Source: Candidatus Dormiibacterota bacterium (GTDB taxonomy: Archaea > Thermoproteota > Bathyarchaeia > 40CM-2-53-6). Taken from it: 64,000 nucleotides of DNA. Location: positions 6,111 to 70,110 of the forward strand of contig DASPWZ010000005.1 in NCBI GenBank assembly GCA_035637535.1, read 5' to 3'. The position numbers were made by a program, and so were the translations under genes. Positions 50,366 to 61,093 of the stretch are shown piece after piece. Numbering within the stretch: position 1 is the first letter of the stretch; every line of letters begins with the position of its first letter. The notes below the pieces were generated by a model. The model was not told the origin of the DNA. It was given only the letters and a program-made list of their open reading frames with translations, and searched no databases.

Positions 50366-51020
50366 CGTTTATCACTTCGATCCGAATATCTCCAAATTCT
50401 TCTGTCTGAACTAGACCAACCTTTCTTTCTATGGCGAGGAATAGGAGCATGATGAACATGCGGACCGCTTGCACAGTATCTCCCTTCCCCAGTAGATGCA
50501 GAAATGAGAGGCTTTCGCCTGGAACCGTCTCTTTCAAGAGTCGGCTGTAGAAAGCGTTGATCTCGTCTTCAATCTTCACGAGCCAATCGTCCGCCTGTTC
50601 AAACACGGCAGGTGTACGGGACACTAGCTGAGCAGTCTCAGACGGCAGTAGCCTCTCGGCCCTGAGAACGTCAAGTATTCCCTTGAGAACTTCGTCTAGG
50701 GAGGTTGTTGTGGACTGGAATCTGATCGGGAACGCTAGGGGGGGAGGCACATAGTCCGTGGGCTTTTCAGGTGGAGGTCGCGGTGGTTCCTCCATCTTCA
50801 GGATGAGTTCCGATTTCATCCGCAGAAGGACTGCAGAGGATAGTAGTGCTGTTCCTGAGACTGAGAAGTCTATGAATCCTCGGCCTTTCATCTCCTTCAT
50901 CAGACCCGTCAGAAGCTGGGACAGGTTCACGTCCCATGGCTTGACACGATGTAAGTGGAGCAAGTCAAAGAGTACAGTGTACGGGCTTTTGAGCCAGTAG
51001 GTATCCTGTTCCGTCGTCAA
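50343..51020 (-). CDS. scpA: SMC-Scp kleisin ScpA
   Basis: KPWDVNL, LLRMKSE, FIMLLFLA...L.Q.EEFGDI. Confidence 0.92.
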   Translation of the reverse strand: MTTEQDTYWLKSPYTVLFDLLHLHRVKPWDVNLSQLLTGLMKEMKGRGFIDFSVSGTALLSSAVLLRMKSELILKMEEPPRPPPEKPTDYVPPPLAFPIRFQSTTTSLDEVLKGILDVLRAERLLPSETAQLVSRTPAVFEQADDWLVKIEDEINAFYSRLLKETVPGESLSFLHLLGKGDTVQAVRMFIMLLFLAIERKVGLVQTEEFGDIRIEVINDGNPVSD

Positions 51021-54000
51021 TCTTTGGCTCCGCCCTTGTTCGGTAGAGAGATCACCTGGCTCTGTCCCTGGTCGATGTAGACTCCGAAGACTCTATCCGC
51101 ACGAGAGATCGTAGTGTCTTTCAGAGAGATCACGACGAACTGGGAATCCGTGCTCTTGGACTTGACTAGTGTTGCCAGTCTCTTCGCGTTCAGAACATCT
51201 AGGTGGGCGTCTATCTCGTCCATGATGTAGAATGGCATCGGATGGATTTGTTGCAGAGCAAGTAGATAGCAGACTGTCGAGACCGATTTTTCTCCGCCAC
51301 TCGCAGCGCCGATCGTGAGTTCGGTTTTCCCGGGGAACTGGAGGAACACGTCCAACCCTCCTTCGAATGGATTGTCGGGGCTATCTAGCGCCATCCTTCC
51401 ATTCCCGCCGTTCGTGATGTCAGAAAAGATTTGGTGGAAAGTATCATTCACCTTAGTGAAGGCGCCCATGAAAGTGTCGAGTTTTCTTTTCTCCAGTTCA
51501 TTCATGAAGTCTAGAATTGCCAGCTTCTCTCTTTCGAGATCCCCTATTCGAACTGAGAGGTGCTTGTATCCGTCCTTGATCTCTTCATAATGCTGGACTG
51601 CTAGCTGATTAACCAAGCCGATCTCAGCTAGCTCCTTCTCGAGACCCGCCTTGATTTTCGTAGCATCTTCGATAGCTTCTGGCGTGGTTTCTAGAGGCTT
51701 CTCAAAGCCGAGATTTCGCAACTGTGCAATCAGCATTGTCAGCTGCGTCTCTAGCTCTCTGAGGCCTGCCTTCAACTCCGAGACGTTGGAGTTGAGCGGG
51801 TCCATTCTATCGATTAGTTGCGAAAGGGACTTTTCTATCTCAGAGAATCTATCTTCGTACTTTCTCCTCTCCTGACCGACTGTTGCAAGGGCGTCTACTA
51901 GTCGAGCTTTTTCTTGGGTAAGCTTACTCATTTCTTGTCGTAGTTCTTCGGATTTCTTGTTCGCCGCCTCGACCCTTGATTCCTCTCGTCTGATTTCGGT
52001 CTCAAGGGCTCTCAGTTGAATCCGTACCTGGTCGTAGCCAGGTTTTAGAGTGTCAAGTGTGGACTGGGTAGAGGCAACCTTGCTGTCCAGCGCTAGCTTC
52101 TCGCGCAGCAGGGTCTCTGCTTCCGCGACCGCTTGATCTCGTTCGCGTTCCATCGCCATGATTGCTGTCCGTCTCTGTTCGATCTTCAGCTTGGCTAGCT
52201 CTTCCTCGCGCATCGAGAGGCGTCGTTTTATCTCGCCCTGCTTCTGGGCTATTTCCTCTAGTAGTTCCTGTTCGTGCTGCATCGAGTTCTGGAGACTGTC
52301 GATCCTCTTCTTCGTCTGTTGTAGCGACAAACGGGTCCTTTCGAGGCTCCTCTGAGCCATGTCGACATCGCGTGTGAGTGCTTCTCGTGTTTTGCTAGTG
52401 GAAACCCTGTCTTCTCTGAGTTTGACAATCTCATATTCTAACCGATCAAGTTCTGTTCGAGATCGCTGGACAATGGATTCTAGGGACTTGACCGTCCGCT
52501 CAAGACCTTCCAGTACGTTGGACCTTGGTATGAGGGTGGAGGCGTCGAACGGAGCTCGATAGTAGCCGCTTTCGAGACCTCCGCCCGGCTCGTAGAGGTC
52601 CCCGCTTGTCACGACGCATCTCAGGCCCTTCGCTGCACTCACGTAGGCTGCTCGCTGGTTCGTCGCGAGCATTGTATCGCCGAAGACGAACTCTACCGCT
52701 GATGCCAATCCTTTCTCGGACTTGATGACGCTCGAAAGTGGTCCCACTATTCCGGGAGTCTGCTCATACTCATCGTTCGCCGGGGGTACTTCTAGGTCAT
52801 CGAGTGGGATTATCTTGGCTCGGCCGAGCTTGGTCCGTTTTAGGCTCTCGACGCATTTTATCGCCACTTCAAGGTCTCTTACGACGAGAGCTCTCATCCA
52901 GCCTGCGCTGGCTGCTTCGACTGCCTTGTTGTACTCATCACCGTACTTGATCAGCTCTTGTAATCGCCCGAGGACTCCTTTGAGCGCTCCTTCTTCCGCC
53001 ATCTCCTCAAGCTTCTGGAGCGCCTTCTCTTCTGCCTGAAGAGTGTCAGCAATATTTCGCTGGGTATTGAACTCGGTGACTGTCACCCGTGCCCTCTTTG
53101 CAACATCGAGGGCTTCGTCAATCTCTTTGTGCCGCTGATCCTTGAGCTCCGTGTACTCTTTCGCCTTCTCTTCAATATCCTGAAGTCTCTTCTCTTCCTC
53201 CTTCCCGAGCTTCTCCATTTCCCGGATTCTTTGCTTCAGCTCCTCGGCGAGGTTGGAGAATTCCTGGTGGCGAGCCTCGAGCGTCTGCAAATGACTCGCA
53301 GTTAGGTCTAGTTTCGCCGAGCTGCCCTTGCTTGTTGCAATGAAGGTCGATAGTTCTTTTTCTAGTGCAGCTATTTCAGCATCGAGTGATTCGTGGATCT
53401 TTGCGTCGGCCGATAGAGATTCTCTGGTGTTTTGCAGGACAGTGTTGAGCTTCTCGGCTTTGGCGTTTGCTTCCCCAAATCTTGTCTCTAGGTTGGCTTT
53501 CTGAGCAGTTAGGTTTCTAATCGCAGTCGGGAGTTCTTTGAAGTTGGTCTGGATTTGTTCTCCCTGATTCTGTAGAGACTCGATTTGCTTAGTTCGGGTA
53601 TTCAGAATATTCTTGGCTGCTTCGGCTTCTGCCTTTGCTCTGACCACTCCATTGCTAGCCTCTGCGATCTTCCTTTCAACGTCGAAAAGTTCTTGATTGC
53701 CTTGGGTGACAGTGAGCTCTTCAAAGTGGCGTCTCTCGGCCTCCACCTTGGACCTTTGGCTGGTAAGTTCGTCCCTCTGGTCCCTTAGCGCTTCGAGGTT
53801 CTTCTGCTCGATTTCAAGCTCTAGGGCGGCACTAGTACGCTTGTTTTGGAGACCGACTATTTCTGATGAGTAGATTCGTGCTTGTTGCTTTCCGATCTCC
53901 TTCTCGATAAGTTTGGATCGCAGAAGGTCGTTTCGTTCGCGTTCAAGCCGCTCTATTCTGTTTCTTACGTCTTCGACCTTGCCTGCTGCCACCATCAGGT

Positions 54001-54556
54001 TAAGGTCGGCTTCTGAGAGCTGGACCTTTGCTTCGGTCTTCTTGGTCTCGAAGACTCCTAGTCCTATGAGGTCTTCTAGGATCCGTCTTCGTTCTTCTGT
54101 GCTAATCTCTGCGAGACGGGTGATTGAGTGTTGAGCGATGAGGTTGAAACCGGTTACTTGGATGTCGCCGGAGCTGAGAATATCCTGTACTTGTTTTCTA
54201 GAAAGGCGGCGACCGTTCATTCGATAGATACCCTCCCCGCCCTTGGAAAACTCGCGTGACACGGTGACGAGGTCTGAGTCTACAGGAATCTTTCTGTCGG
54301 AGTTGTCGAACTGGACGGCTACGTAGGCGGCTCTGGCGTCTCCTGTGCCCGACTTGTGGACTAGGTCTGAGAGGCTTCCGCCTCTAAGTTCTCGGGGGCT
54401 GAGCTCGCCTAGTGAGAATTTTAGCGCGTCGAGGATATTGGATTTTCCCGAGCCGTTGGGGCCGGTGAAGACTGTGAAGCCTCGGTCGAGGTTGACTGAG
54501 ACCTTCTTGTTGAAGGTCTTGAAGCCTCGGATGTCGATTCTTTTGATATAGACCAA
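51017..54556 (-). CDS. smc: Chromosome segregation protein SMC
   Basis: GPNGSGKSN, long coiled coils, hinge (GRAKIIPL, G..YEPGG), SGGEKS, MDEIDAHLD. Confidence 0.97.
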   Translation of the reverse strand: MVYIKRIDIRGFKTFNKKVSVNLDRGFTVFTGPNGSGKSNILDALKFSLGELSPRELRGGSLSDLVHKSGTGDARAAYVAVQFDNSDRKIPVDSDLVTVSREFSKGGEGIYRMNGRRLSRKQVQDILSSGDIQVTGFNLIAQHSITRLAEISTEERRRILEDLIGLGVFETKKTEAKVQLSEADLNLMVAAGKVEDVRNRIERLERERNDLLRSKLIEKEIGKQQARIYSSEIVGLQNKRTSAALELEIEQKNLEALRDQRDELTSQRSKVEAERRHFEELTVTQGNQELFDVERKIAEASNGVVRAKAEAEAAKNILNTRTKQIESLQNQGEQIQTNFKELPTAIRNLTAQKANLETRFGEANAKAEKLNTVLQNTRESLSADAKIHESLDAEIAALEKELSTFIATSKGSSAKLDLTASHLQTLEARHQEFSNLAEELKQRIREMEKLGKEEEKRLQDIEEKAKEYTELKDQRHKEIDEALDVAKRARVTVTEFNTQRNIADTLQAEEKALQKLEEMAEEGALKGVLGRLQELIKYGDEYNKAVEAASAGWMRALVVRDLEVAIKCVESLKRTKLGRAKIIPLDDLEVPPANDEYEQTPGIVGPLSSVIKSEKGLASAVEFVFGDTMLATNQRAAYVSAAKGLRCVVTSGDLYEPGGGLESGYYRAPFDASTLIPRSNVLEGLERTVKSLESIVQRSRTELDRLEYEIVKLREDRVSTSKTREALTRDVDMAQRSLERTRLSLQQTKKRIDSLQNSMQHEQELLEEIAQKQGEIKRRLSMREEELAKLKIEQRRTAIMAMERERDQAVAEAETLLREKLALDSKVASTQSTLDTLKPGYDQVRIQLRALETEIRREESRVEAANKKSEELRQEMSKLTQEKARLVDALATVGQERRKYEDRFSEIEKSLSQLIDRMDPLNSNVSELKAGLRELETQLTMLIAQLRNLGFEKPLETTPEAIEDATKIKAGLEKELAEIGLVNQLAVQHYEEIKDGYKHLSVRIGDLEREKLAILDFMNELEKRKLDTFMGAFTKVNDTFHQIFSDITNGGNGRMALDSPDNPFEGGLDVFLQFPGKTELTIGAASGGEKSVSTVCYLLALQQIHPMPFYIMDEIDAHLDVLNAKRLATLVKSKSTDSQFVVISLKDTTISRADRVFGVYIDQGQSQVISLPNKGGAKD

Positions 54557-54635
54557 TGCCCGGGCCCTGAAACAGTTCTGACTCTAGTTAGATAAGTTCG
54601 TCCATCGTCATTGACGTATTCTTAGATGGCTGGGA

Positions 54636-55418
54636 TTAGCGGCCGAATCTTCGATGGCGTCGCTGATAGAGCCGTATGGCTCGGAGAAAATCGATCTTCC
54701 GGAACTCAGGCCAGTAAACGTCTTCGAATACTAGTTCGCTGTAGGCTGACTGCCAGAGCAGGAAGCCGCTCAGACGCTCTTCGCCCGAGGTGCGTATGAC
54801 GAGATCAGGGTTCGGATTGGGAAGATGCGCGGTGTAGAGATACTTATGAAAAGTATCTTCGTCGATCTGCTGCGGAGAGAGATTTCCCTGATGGACATCT
54901 TCTACTATCTTCTTTGTAGCATCGACTATCTCCGCTCTTCCTGTGTAGGCGATGGCGAGGTTTAGGAAGTGCTGGTCGTACATGCTCGTTTCGTCTTCGA
55001 GACGTTTGAACACGTCCTGAAGTGTTTCAGGCAAGAGATCAGTCCGGCCGATTGCTTTGACTCGTACTTTCTGGGAGTGAAGTCTGCTGTCCCTTCCCAG
55101 TTTCTTGGTCTCTTCTTCGACGATCTTGAGAATCGAGTTTACCTCGTCGCTAGGTCTTGAAAAGTTCTCGGTGGAAAACGTGTAGAGCGTGAGTGTCTTG
55201 ATGCCGTATTCTAGGCACCAGTCAAGAACTTCTTCGCCGACCTTCGCACCCGCCCAATGCCCGTCGGTCGAGTTGAGCGCTTTCTCTGTCGCCCATCTTC
55301 GGTTACCGTCGAGAATTATTCCGATGTGCTCCGGCATGGGACCATACTTGATCTGCTCGATCAGATACTTCTCGTAGGCCTTGTAGACCCCAGCGATTTT
55401 GAGGAAGCTGTTTATCAT
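54636..55418 (-). CDS. uppS: cis-prenyltransferase (polyprenyl diphosphate synthase)
   Basis: ILDGNRRW, FSTENFSR, IRTSGEERLSGFLLWQ. Confidence 0.96.
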   Translation of the reverse strand: MINSFLKIAGVYKAYEKYLIEQIKYGPMPEHIGIILDGNRRWATEKALNSTDGHWAGAKVGEEVLDWCLEYGIKTLTLYTFSTENFSRPSDEVNSILKIVEEETKKLGRDSRLHSQKVRVKAIGRTDLLPETLQDVFKRLEDETSMYDQHFLNLAIAYTGRAEIVDATKKIVEDVHQGNLSPQQIDEDTFHKYLYTAHLPNPNPDLVIRTSGEERLSGFLLWQSAYSELVFEDVYWPEFRKIDFLRAIRLYQRRHRRFGR

Positions 55419-56221
55419 TAAGCGATTTCCTGGGTTTCCTCTTTCCTCAGTTGGGCGTGTGCGAGCGCGGTCCCGCAGGGACAGTCTTTCCTAGACTCGG
55501 GTATTTTTGCTATCGCTCCAGTTAGGATCTTATTGAGCACTTGGCTGGTCTCGTGGCCCTTCTCTTCTACTTCTCTTGCTGATAACGTTCTCTGAAGCCC
55601 CGCGGCCATGTTTGATACGAAGCTTATCGAAGCATAGCACATCTCAAGTTCGCGGGCGAGAAAAGCTTCGGGGGCTCCCGTCATTCCGACTATGTCGCAT
55701 CCCATTGTCCGGAGCATCTTGATTTCAGCAGGAGTCTCGTAGCGGGGTCCCTCTGTGCAACCCATTACGACATCTTTAGGCCGGTTTCTGCCAGACGCTA
55801 GGCTTGATGTGGTCAAGATTTCTCGGACCTTGGGACAGTATGGCTGGGAGACATCGATATGTGTGACGGGAGAACTTTCGTAGAATGTTCCGATCCGGGA
55901 TTTCGTCACGTCTACTATGTCAGATGGGATGACTATTTCGCCTGGTGTGAGTTGTTGATCAATTGCGCCGACCGCATTTGTCGCAATGATGCGTTCCACT
56001 CCTAGGCTCTTCAGTCCCCAGATATTTGCTCGATAATTCACTTTGTGAGGCGGGCTAGAATGATTTTCTCCGTGCCTCGGCAGGAAGACGGCAGGTCTCG
56101 AGTCTATTTCGCCGATCGTAAGGTTAGGTGTCGGTCCGTAGGGTGTTCCGAGGATTTTCTGGCTACCTTTGACGATGGATTTTACTCCTGAGCCGCCGAT
56201 GATTGCGATAGGACGCTTCAT
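55418..56221 (-). CDS. mtnP: Methylthioadenosine/purine nucleoside phosphorylase
   Basis: IIGGSG, PRHG..H..PPH.VNYRAN, EGPRYET.AE, VGMT..PE. Confidence 0.92.
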   Translation of the reverse strand: MKRPIAIIGGSGVKSIVKGSQKILGTPYGPTPNLTIGEIDSRPAVFLPRHGENHSSPPHKVNYRANIWGLKSLGVERIIATNAVGAIDQQLTPGEIVIPSDIVDVTKSRIGTFYESSPVTHIDVSQPYCPKVREILTTSSLASGRNRPKDVVMGCTEGPRYETPAEIKMLRTMGCDIVGMTGAPEAFLARELEMCYASISFVSNMAAGLQRTLSAREVEEKGHETSQVLNKILTGAIAKIPESRKDCPCGTALAHAQLRKEETQEIA

Positions 56222-56985
56222 TCCTCTGGGCCCTCGTAGAGTGCGCTGAGTTCTTGTAGCGTTAGCTTTCCGCCTTTGCTGAGCTTCTTCTGAGCCGTGT
56301 CCTTTAGAGCTTCCTTGAGTGCCTCTCCCTTCTGACGTTGTTCTCTCCGCTCATCATCGGTCAGAGTATTTCTTAGTTGTAGGAATTTCTGATTCGTGTC
56401 TGCTGTTCTCCGTTTTAGGTCGTCGAGTGTCTTCTGCTGTTCCTCACGTCTGAGTCTAAGTGTCTGGAAGGCTTCCGACAGTTGGACGATGTCTGAGTGA
56501 TGTTTCTGGCTTTCAGCGGCCAGTTCCTGGATTCTAGCGTGCATCTGGTCAGCTTCTTCCCGTTGCTTCGTGATGTCATCTCTCAGCTTCAGGACTTTGT
56601 GGTAGCCCGTTACGCGGATCTCTAAGCTCCTAATTTTCGTCATCAAGCGTTTCTCGCCGTCCTTCTCGAGAGGTGATGTTTGGACTTGCCATTCCAATGC
56701 TGCTAGTTCCTTCTCGGCGATTGACGCGTGTGGTCGGTCACTCATTTTCTTGAGAAGTTCTCTAAGCGTTGCGAGTTTCTCGCGGGACGTGTCTCGGAGC
56801 CTGTCCCGGGTCTGCTTGAGAGCTCGGACGGTGTCGTTCAGACCATCCCGTGCCTTGCGTAGGTCTTGTAGTTCTTCCCGGACCTTCTGGAGTTTGGTCT
56901 TGGTCTCGTTGAGCTGGTCGAGGCTCTTTGACTGTTCGATTCTCAGTTGTTGTCGTTCGTCGTCGAGCTTGTCGATCTCGCTCAC
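56218..56985 (-). CDS. Archaeal coiled-coil protein (COG1340-like)
   Basis: Long heptad helix, LEWQVQT, C-terminal 'KKLSKGGKLTLQEL'; likely GTG start 56985. Confidence 0.8.
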   Translation of the reverse strand: MSEIDKLDDERQQLRIEQSKSLDQLNETKTKLQKVREELQDLRKARDGLNDTVRALKQTRDRLRDTSREKLATLRELLKKMSDRPHASIAEKELAALEWQVQTSPLEKDGEKRLMTKIRSLEIRVTGYHKVLKLRDDITKQREEADQMHARIQELAAESQKHHSDIVQLSEAFQTLRLRREEQQKTLDDLKRRTADTNQKFLQLRNTLTDDERREQRQKGEALKEALKDTAQKKLSKGGKLTLQELSALYEGPEE

Positions 56986-57102
56986 TTGTTGGGACCTCGC
57001 CGTGCCTGGATGACTGGAATGATGGAAAGGTAGATTGACCGCCTTATAGGGATTGAAGATGAGAAATCGGGGACGGTTACAGACTCGTCGGCTATTGAGA
57101 AG

Positions 57103-57774
57103 GTGGGTGATCGTCTCAGTCTGATTGGGACGATTCATGTGGACCCTAAGAGCGCCAGCTTTGTACGGGAAACGATTCTGCGATTGAGGCCGGCGGTGGT
57201 AGCGTTAGAGCTGGATGAGGGGAGGCTCATGGCACTAGAGAATCCTGGCAAATCCTCAGGCCGTGGTGGTGGCGGCTCGTTCTTGGCGATGATGTTGTTG
57301 GAGAGGTTTGCGGGGGAGATGACTGGTTCGCCTCCGGGGCAGGAGATGCTTCGGGCGGTTGAGGCTGCTAGAGTAGTAGGGGCGAGGGTGGCTTTTGTCG
57401 ATCTTCCTATTGGAATGACGGTTGGATCCCTCAGGAAGCTTCCCTTACGCGAGAAAGTAAGGCTCGGGGTTGATTCTCTGGTTAGTATTGCACTCTTGCC
57501 TTTTGGCGGGTTCAACTTGTCGAAATTGACGGAGAATTTGGATGAACAGCTTGGGCTGTTTCGGTTGCGTTATCCCGAATTGAGTAGGCTTCTTCTGGAT
57601 GTTAGGGAGGAGTTCATGGTGGCGAGGATTCGAGACATCATGTATTCCACGGTTGGACAGGTGGTTGCAGTCGTCGGCTACGGACACCTTCGCTCGCTCA
57701 GCAAGTCACTTGCCCACCTTCAGACCGCCACGGTCTATTCGACCCAAGTTACCTGGAATGTGTCTACGGGATGA
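57103..57774 (+). CDS. traB: TraB/GumN-family protein
   Basis: LIGTIHV, VALELDEGR, PGQEM, VREEFM, VVGYGH. Confidence 0.88.
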   Translation: MGDRLSLIGTIHVDPKSASFVRETILRLRPAVVALELDEGRLMALENPGKSSGRGGGGSFLAMMLLERFAGEMTGSPPGQEMLRAVEAARVVGARVAFVDLPIGMTVGSLRKLPLREKVRLGVDSLVSIALLPFGGFNLSKLTENLDEQLGLFRLRYPELSRLLLDVREEFMVARIRDIMYSTVGQVVAVVGYGHLRSLSKSLAHLQTATVYSTQVTWNVSTG

Positions 57775-57947
57775 AGAAAGCGGTCGAGTCCAGTCCATGG
57801 TTGGTGACGTGGCGCGAGTTTCTGATTTTCTAATTTTTTGGAAAAAGAATACTTGTTTTTTTTTCGCGATTTTGAAATTTTACCTACGATTTTTTGGATG
57901 GTGTCGTGGGCAAAGTAAAGAGAGCCTCCTTTTCCAGACGCTGGGGG

Positions 57948-59375
57948 TTAGGAGAAGAAGAGTCTCGTTTCACCCATTGTTCTGACGTCTAGCGCTTCGA
58001 TGTCGACCATCAGGGGTAAATCATGGACGACGCTTCCCAGAAGCAGGCATCTTCTCGCGGGGGTCCCTCTGATAAGCGAGCGTATCGTCTCACTATCTGA
58101 CTTTGCCACTTTGCCGATTGTTTCGATGTCATGTTCGTTGGTGAAGTTGAAGATGAATACGTTGTCGGCTTGCCGGTAGATCGTCTCTTGGACGGTGTCG
58201 GGTTGGTTGGTGATGAAGGTCGTGAAGAGGCCGATATGACGCATCCTCGTGATAATGTCGTCCCAGTACGTGTCTCTCAGGTAGAGGTGGGCTTCTTCGG
58301 CGAAGAGGAAGGCGGCTCGAAGCCAGTTGGACGAAAGGATCTTCGTCAATTCACCTAGGAAGATCTCGACGATTATCCGCCGGACGAGGTGGCTCTGGTT
58401 CTTCAGGTTTACAACGAGGATTCCTCCGCCGTCGATGGCGTGGAGGATCTTTTCCTCAGTCAGAGGGTTGGCCTCGTCGTAGAAGAGTCCAGATTCCAAC
58501 AGCACTTGGAGTCTAGAGACGAGCGCTTCTCTGACGCTCTCGTGGCAGCTCCATGACTGAACGGTCTGAATCAGGTTGGGTAGAGTCAGGTCGCCCTTTG
58601 ACTCTAGGTCCCGCCAGATAGTGCTGAACACCTTCGAGGAGGTTGCCGGAAGGTCCAGAGCGTTGCTTAGGACCCCTGCCATTGTTCGGAACCCGAGTTT
58701 GGCGAGGGCGAAGTTGATTCCGCTTCGAGGCGCAAGCACCGTGAGCCTCGACGTGGATAAGCGTCCATCCTTAGACTTGTGGAGGTTGACGTATTCGCCA
58801 TTTACATCTAGAACGATGCAGGGTGCTCCGAGTCCGGCCATTGATAGGAGCAGAAGTTTTGCGAGGTGGGACTTACCCGTTCCTTTGCGCCCCGTGATGA
58901 TGTTTAGGCCACCGTCAAGACCCCCAGCGTCGATTTGGACCGGATCCCCGTCGTTATGGCCGACAGTCAATGGCCTCTTTCCACCGTTCATAATCAGCCG
59001 GTTGATCGGATAGGCGCGTATACGGGATGAAGTTCGGGATGGAAGCCATGATGTGGTGGGTGAGAGGTCCTTTTCGCCCGTGATGGTTCCTCTGATCTTG
59101 CAGACTGCCAGCCGCGTATCTTTCAGCGCGTCTACTTCGCTGGAAATGTTGAGGGGATCCATATCCTCCCCGGATAGTTCGCCGTCCGTCATGACGTCTC
59201 GGAGGATGTCTTCCAGGATTCCCGGGACGTTGGCGTATTGTAGGTCGATTACTTGGACGAGTAGTCCCTTGGCCAATCCAGGATCTTCTATCAGTAAATA
59301 GTCTCCTCGCTGGACATGCTCGTCGGGAAAGGCGATCAACTGGACCTGATCGCCTTCCTTCCGGTAGATTCGCAT
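57948..59375 (-). CDS. herA: HerA-family ATPase
   Basis: HAS-barrel-like N-terminus, GRKGTGKS, LDVNGEY, FAEEAH, RMRHIG, TNQP. Confidence 0.9.
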   Translation of the reverse strand: MRIYRKEGDQVQLIAFPDEHVQRGDYLLIEDPGLAKGLLVQVIDLQYANVPGILEDILRDVMTDGELSGEDMDPLNISSEVDALKDTRLAVCKIRGTITGEKDLSPTTSWLPSRTSSRIRAYPINRLIMNGGKRPLTVGHNDGDPVQIDAGGLDGGLNIITGRKGTGKSHLAKLLLLSMAGLGAPCIVLDVNGEYVNLHKSKDGRLSTSRLTVLAPRSGINFALAKLGFRTMAGVLSNALDLPATSSKVFSTIWRDLESKGDLTLPNLIQTVQSWSCHESVREALVSRLQVLLESGLFYDEANPLTEEKILHAIDGGGILVVNLKNQSHLVRRIIVEIFLGELTKILSSNWLRAAFLFAEEAHLYLRDTYWDDIITRMRHIGLFTTFITNQPDTVQETIYRQADNVFIFNFTNEHDIETIGKVAKSDSETIRSLIRGTPARRCLLLGSVVHDLPLMVDIEALDVRTMGETRLFFS

Positions 59376-59377
59376 GG

Positions 59378-60484
59378 TTAGGCCACGTACCTGCTGGTGC
59401 CGAATGGTCCGAAGAGTGATCGTCGTAGACTGGGACGGGATTGTAGCGTGATATGATGATTTGATGCTACGAATCGTTGGACGGCGAGAATCTCGTTGGC
59501 CGTGAAGGTGCTGAAAATGTGGGCGATTCTCAGAGTCTCTGGATAACCGTGAAAGATAACATCGAGGCCAGCTAGTCGTTCGAGCGCTTGTTGCGCTTGT
59601 TCTTGGCTCGATTCTCGATCTATGTCGGTTCTGAAGAGGAATCCATCGCTGGATAGTTTTGCTACGTATACTCTGCCAAGGAATCTTAAAGGGTAAGGGG
59701 GATACTCGCTCTCAACTAGAGAGCTGATGTCGATTAGGTGGGGGCCGTCTTTCTCGTTTGTGAGTCCGAGAATGTTTCTTCCTCCGACAGTCAGCTGTGT
59801 TGCTTTGGATATGCCGATTACAACGGAGTGATTCTGACGGGCTGTGGCTAGAATCTTGTTCACTCGGGCTGCGGGGTTATCTGGAGTGCCTGCGGTTAGA
59901 GATCCGTCGATCAATAGTATTCCGCCGTGTAGCGATTCCGACAGGACTTCCTGGGTCCAGCGTTCAACATGGTTTCGGAGTCGGGTGAGGACCCGTAGGG
60001 TCTTGAGTGATAATCCGCCGAAGGCTCGCGACTCATCTTCGCGATACTGGCTTACATCTTCAGAGTTTGGAACGTGAAAAAGTAGGGGCCCCCATCGGGT
60101 ATAGAGAATCTTGCTCCTTTGTCTCCAAACACCAACTGCACGGATAGCGAAGATCATCCCGGTCTCGGTTTCGCCGATCTTGACGCTCGAGGCGTCGCAA
60201 GCAACTACGGGGACGAAATCTTTCGCGGGATTGATCGCACAGCGTTTCAGTCCTGACGAGTTTATGGAGCCTCCAATTTCGAGTCTCTCTTCAGAATCGG
60301 CGTCGTCGACCCCCATTTCCACGAGCGAGACTGGTCGCGGGTTGAATTTTGATCCTTGGAGTGATTGCATTGACCGGGTAGATAGTTCTACGAGGGATTC
60401 GGGGATGGCTGGTAGTCCGATGACCTCCGGTATGCTTTTTATTTGCTGAAGAGGCTCAGTAGTCTCTTGGGTGCGGTAGAGCAA
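59378..60484 (-). CDS. nurA: NurA-family nuclease
   Basis: ACDASS, IDGSL, GISK, GYPETLRIAH; 2 bp upstream of herA. Confidence 0.85.
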   Translation of the reverse strand: MLYRTQETTEPLQQIKSIPEVIGLPAIPESLVELSTRSMQSLQGSKFNPRPVSLVEMGVDDADSEERLEIGGSINSSGLKRCAINPAKDFVPVVACDASSVKIGETETGMIFAIRAVGVWRQRSKILYTRWGPLLFHVPNSEDVSQYREDESRAFGGLSLKTLRVLTRLRNHVERWTQEVLSESLHGGILLIDGSLTAGTPDNPAARVNKILATARQNHSVVIGISKATQLTVGGRNILGLTNEKDGPHLIDISSLVESEYPPYPLRFLGRVYVAKLSSDGFLFRTDIDRESSQEQAQQALERLAGLDVIFHGYPETLRIAHIFSTFTANEILAVQRFVASNHHITLQSRPSLRRSLFGPFGTSRYVA

Positions 60485-60551
60485 GGTTAGATTCCCCCAG
60501 TTTCAGGCGGGAAAGCCCCCTTTCCCGTCTGTCCCCGCACCAGTTTCCATA

Positions 60552-61088
60552 TCATCCTGATGCAGTCACCGTTTTCTGAGCTGGCGATGACGCAGCTCTT
60601 GCGGTGAGGCCCTTTGCAATCTCGTGGGCCTTCCGTATTCCTTGCATGCTGAGCTTGTAGGCTCCATCGCTCGTCCTGTCGATGAGTCCGGTTTTTGTCA
60701 TCATTGCCAGAGTGTTCCGGACTGTCTTCACTGCTTTTCCGATTGCTCGGCTGATGGCTTCGGGGTCCATCTGTACATTTGGACGGGTGCCTACTGCATG
60801 GGCTACCCGAGCAGCGAGGAGTACCATGGCGATGGAGTTCTCTGCTGACATTTCGGGCTTCAATAGGACGGCTTCCCCTTCTGGGGTCAGCTGGACAGCG
60901 CTCGAAAGATCGTCAACCATAGACGAATAGTCCGGCGAGAAGGTTAGTTTGGAAGCTAGTGAATAGTTTGGTAGGACCTTGGCTGCGAATTGCATGACTT
61001 CACGAACAACTGTCTCTAGGTCTCCCTCTGCGGTGTGTTTGATGTCACCCCACTCAATCTGAACCTTGATCTTGGGTTGTTCTGGCAT
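60552..61088 (-). CDS. Uncharacterised protein with C-terminal winged helix (paralog 1)
   Basis: 'KIKVQIEWGD...EGDLETVVRE', TPEG, 'KTVRNTLAMMTKTGLIDR..GAYKLSMQG'; ATG 61088. Confidence 0.8.
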   Translation of the reverse strand: MPEQPKIKVQIEWGDIKHTAEGDLETVVREVMQFAAKVLPNYSLASKLTFSPDYSSMVDDLSSAVQLTPEGEAVLLKPEMSAENSIAMVLLAARVAHAVGTRPNVQMDPEAISRAIGKAVKTVRNTLAMMTKTGLIDRTSDGAYKLSMQGIRKAHEIAKGLTARAASSPAQKTVTASG

Positions 61089-61093
61089 GTTTC

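Noticed and set aside
49760-54556. SMC locus as a Wadjet-type defence system
   Set aside because: Canonical Smc-ScpA-ScpB among housekeeping genes, with no JetD-like TOPRIM nuclease adjacent
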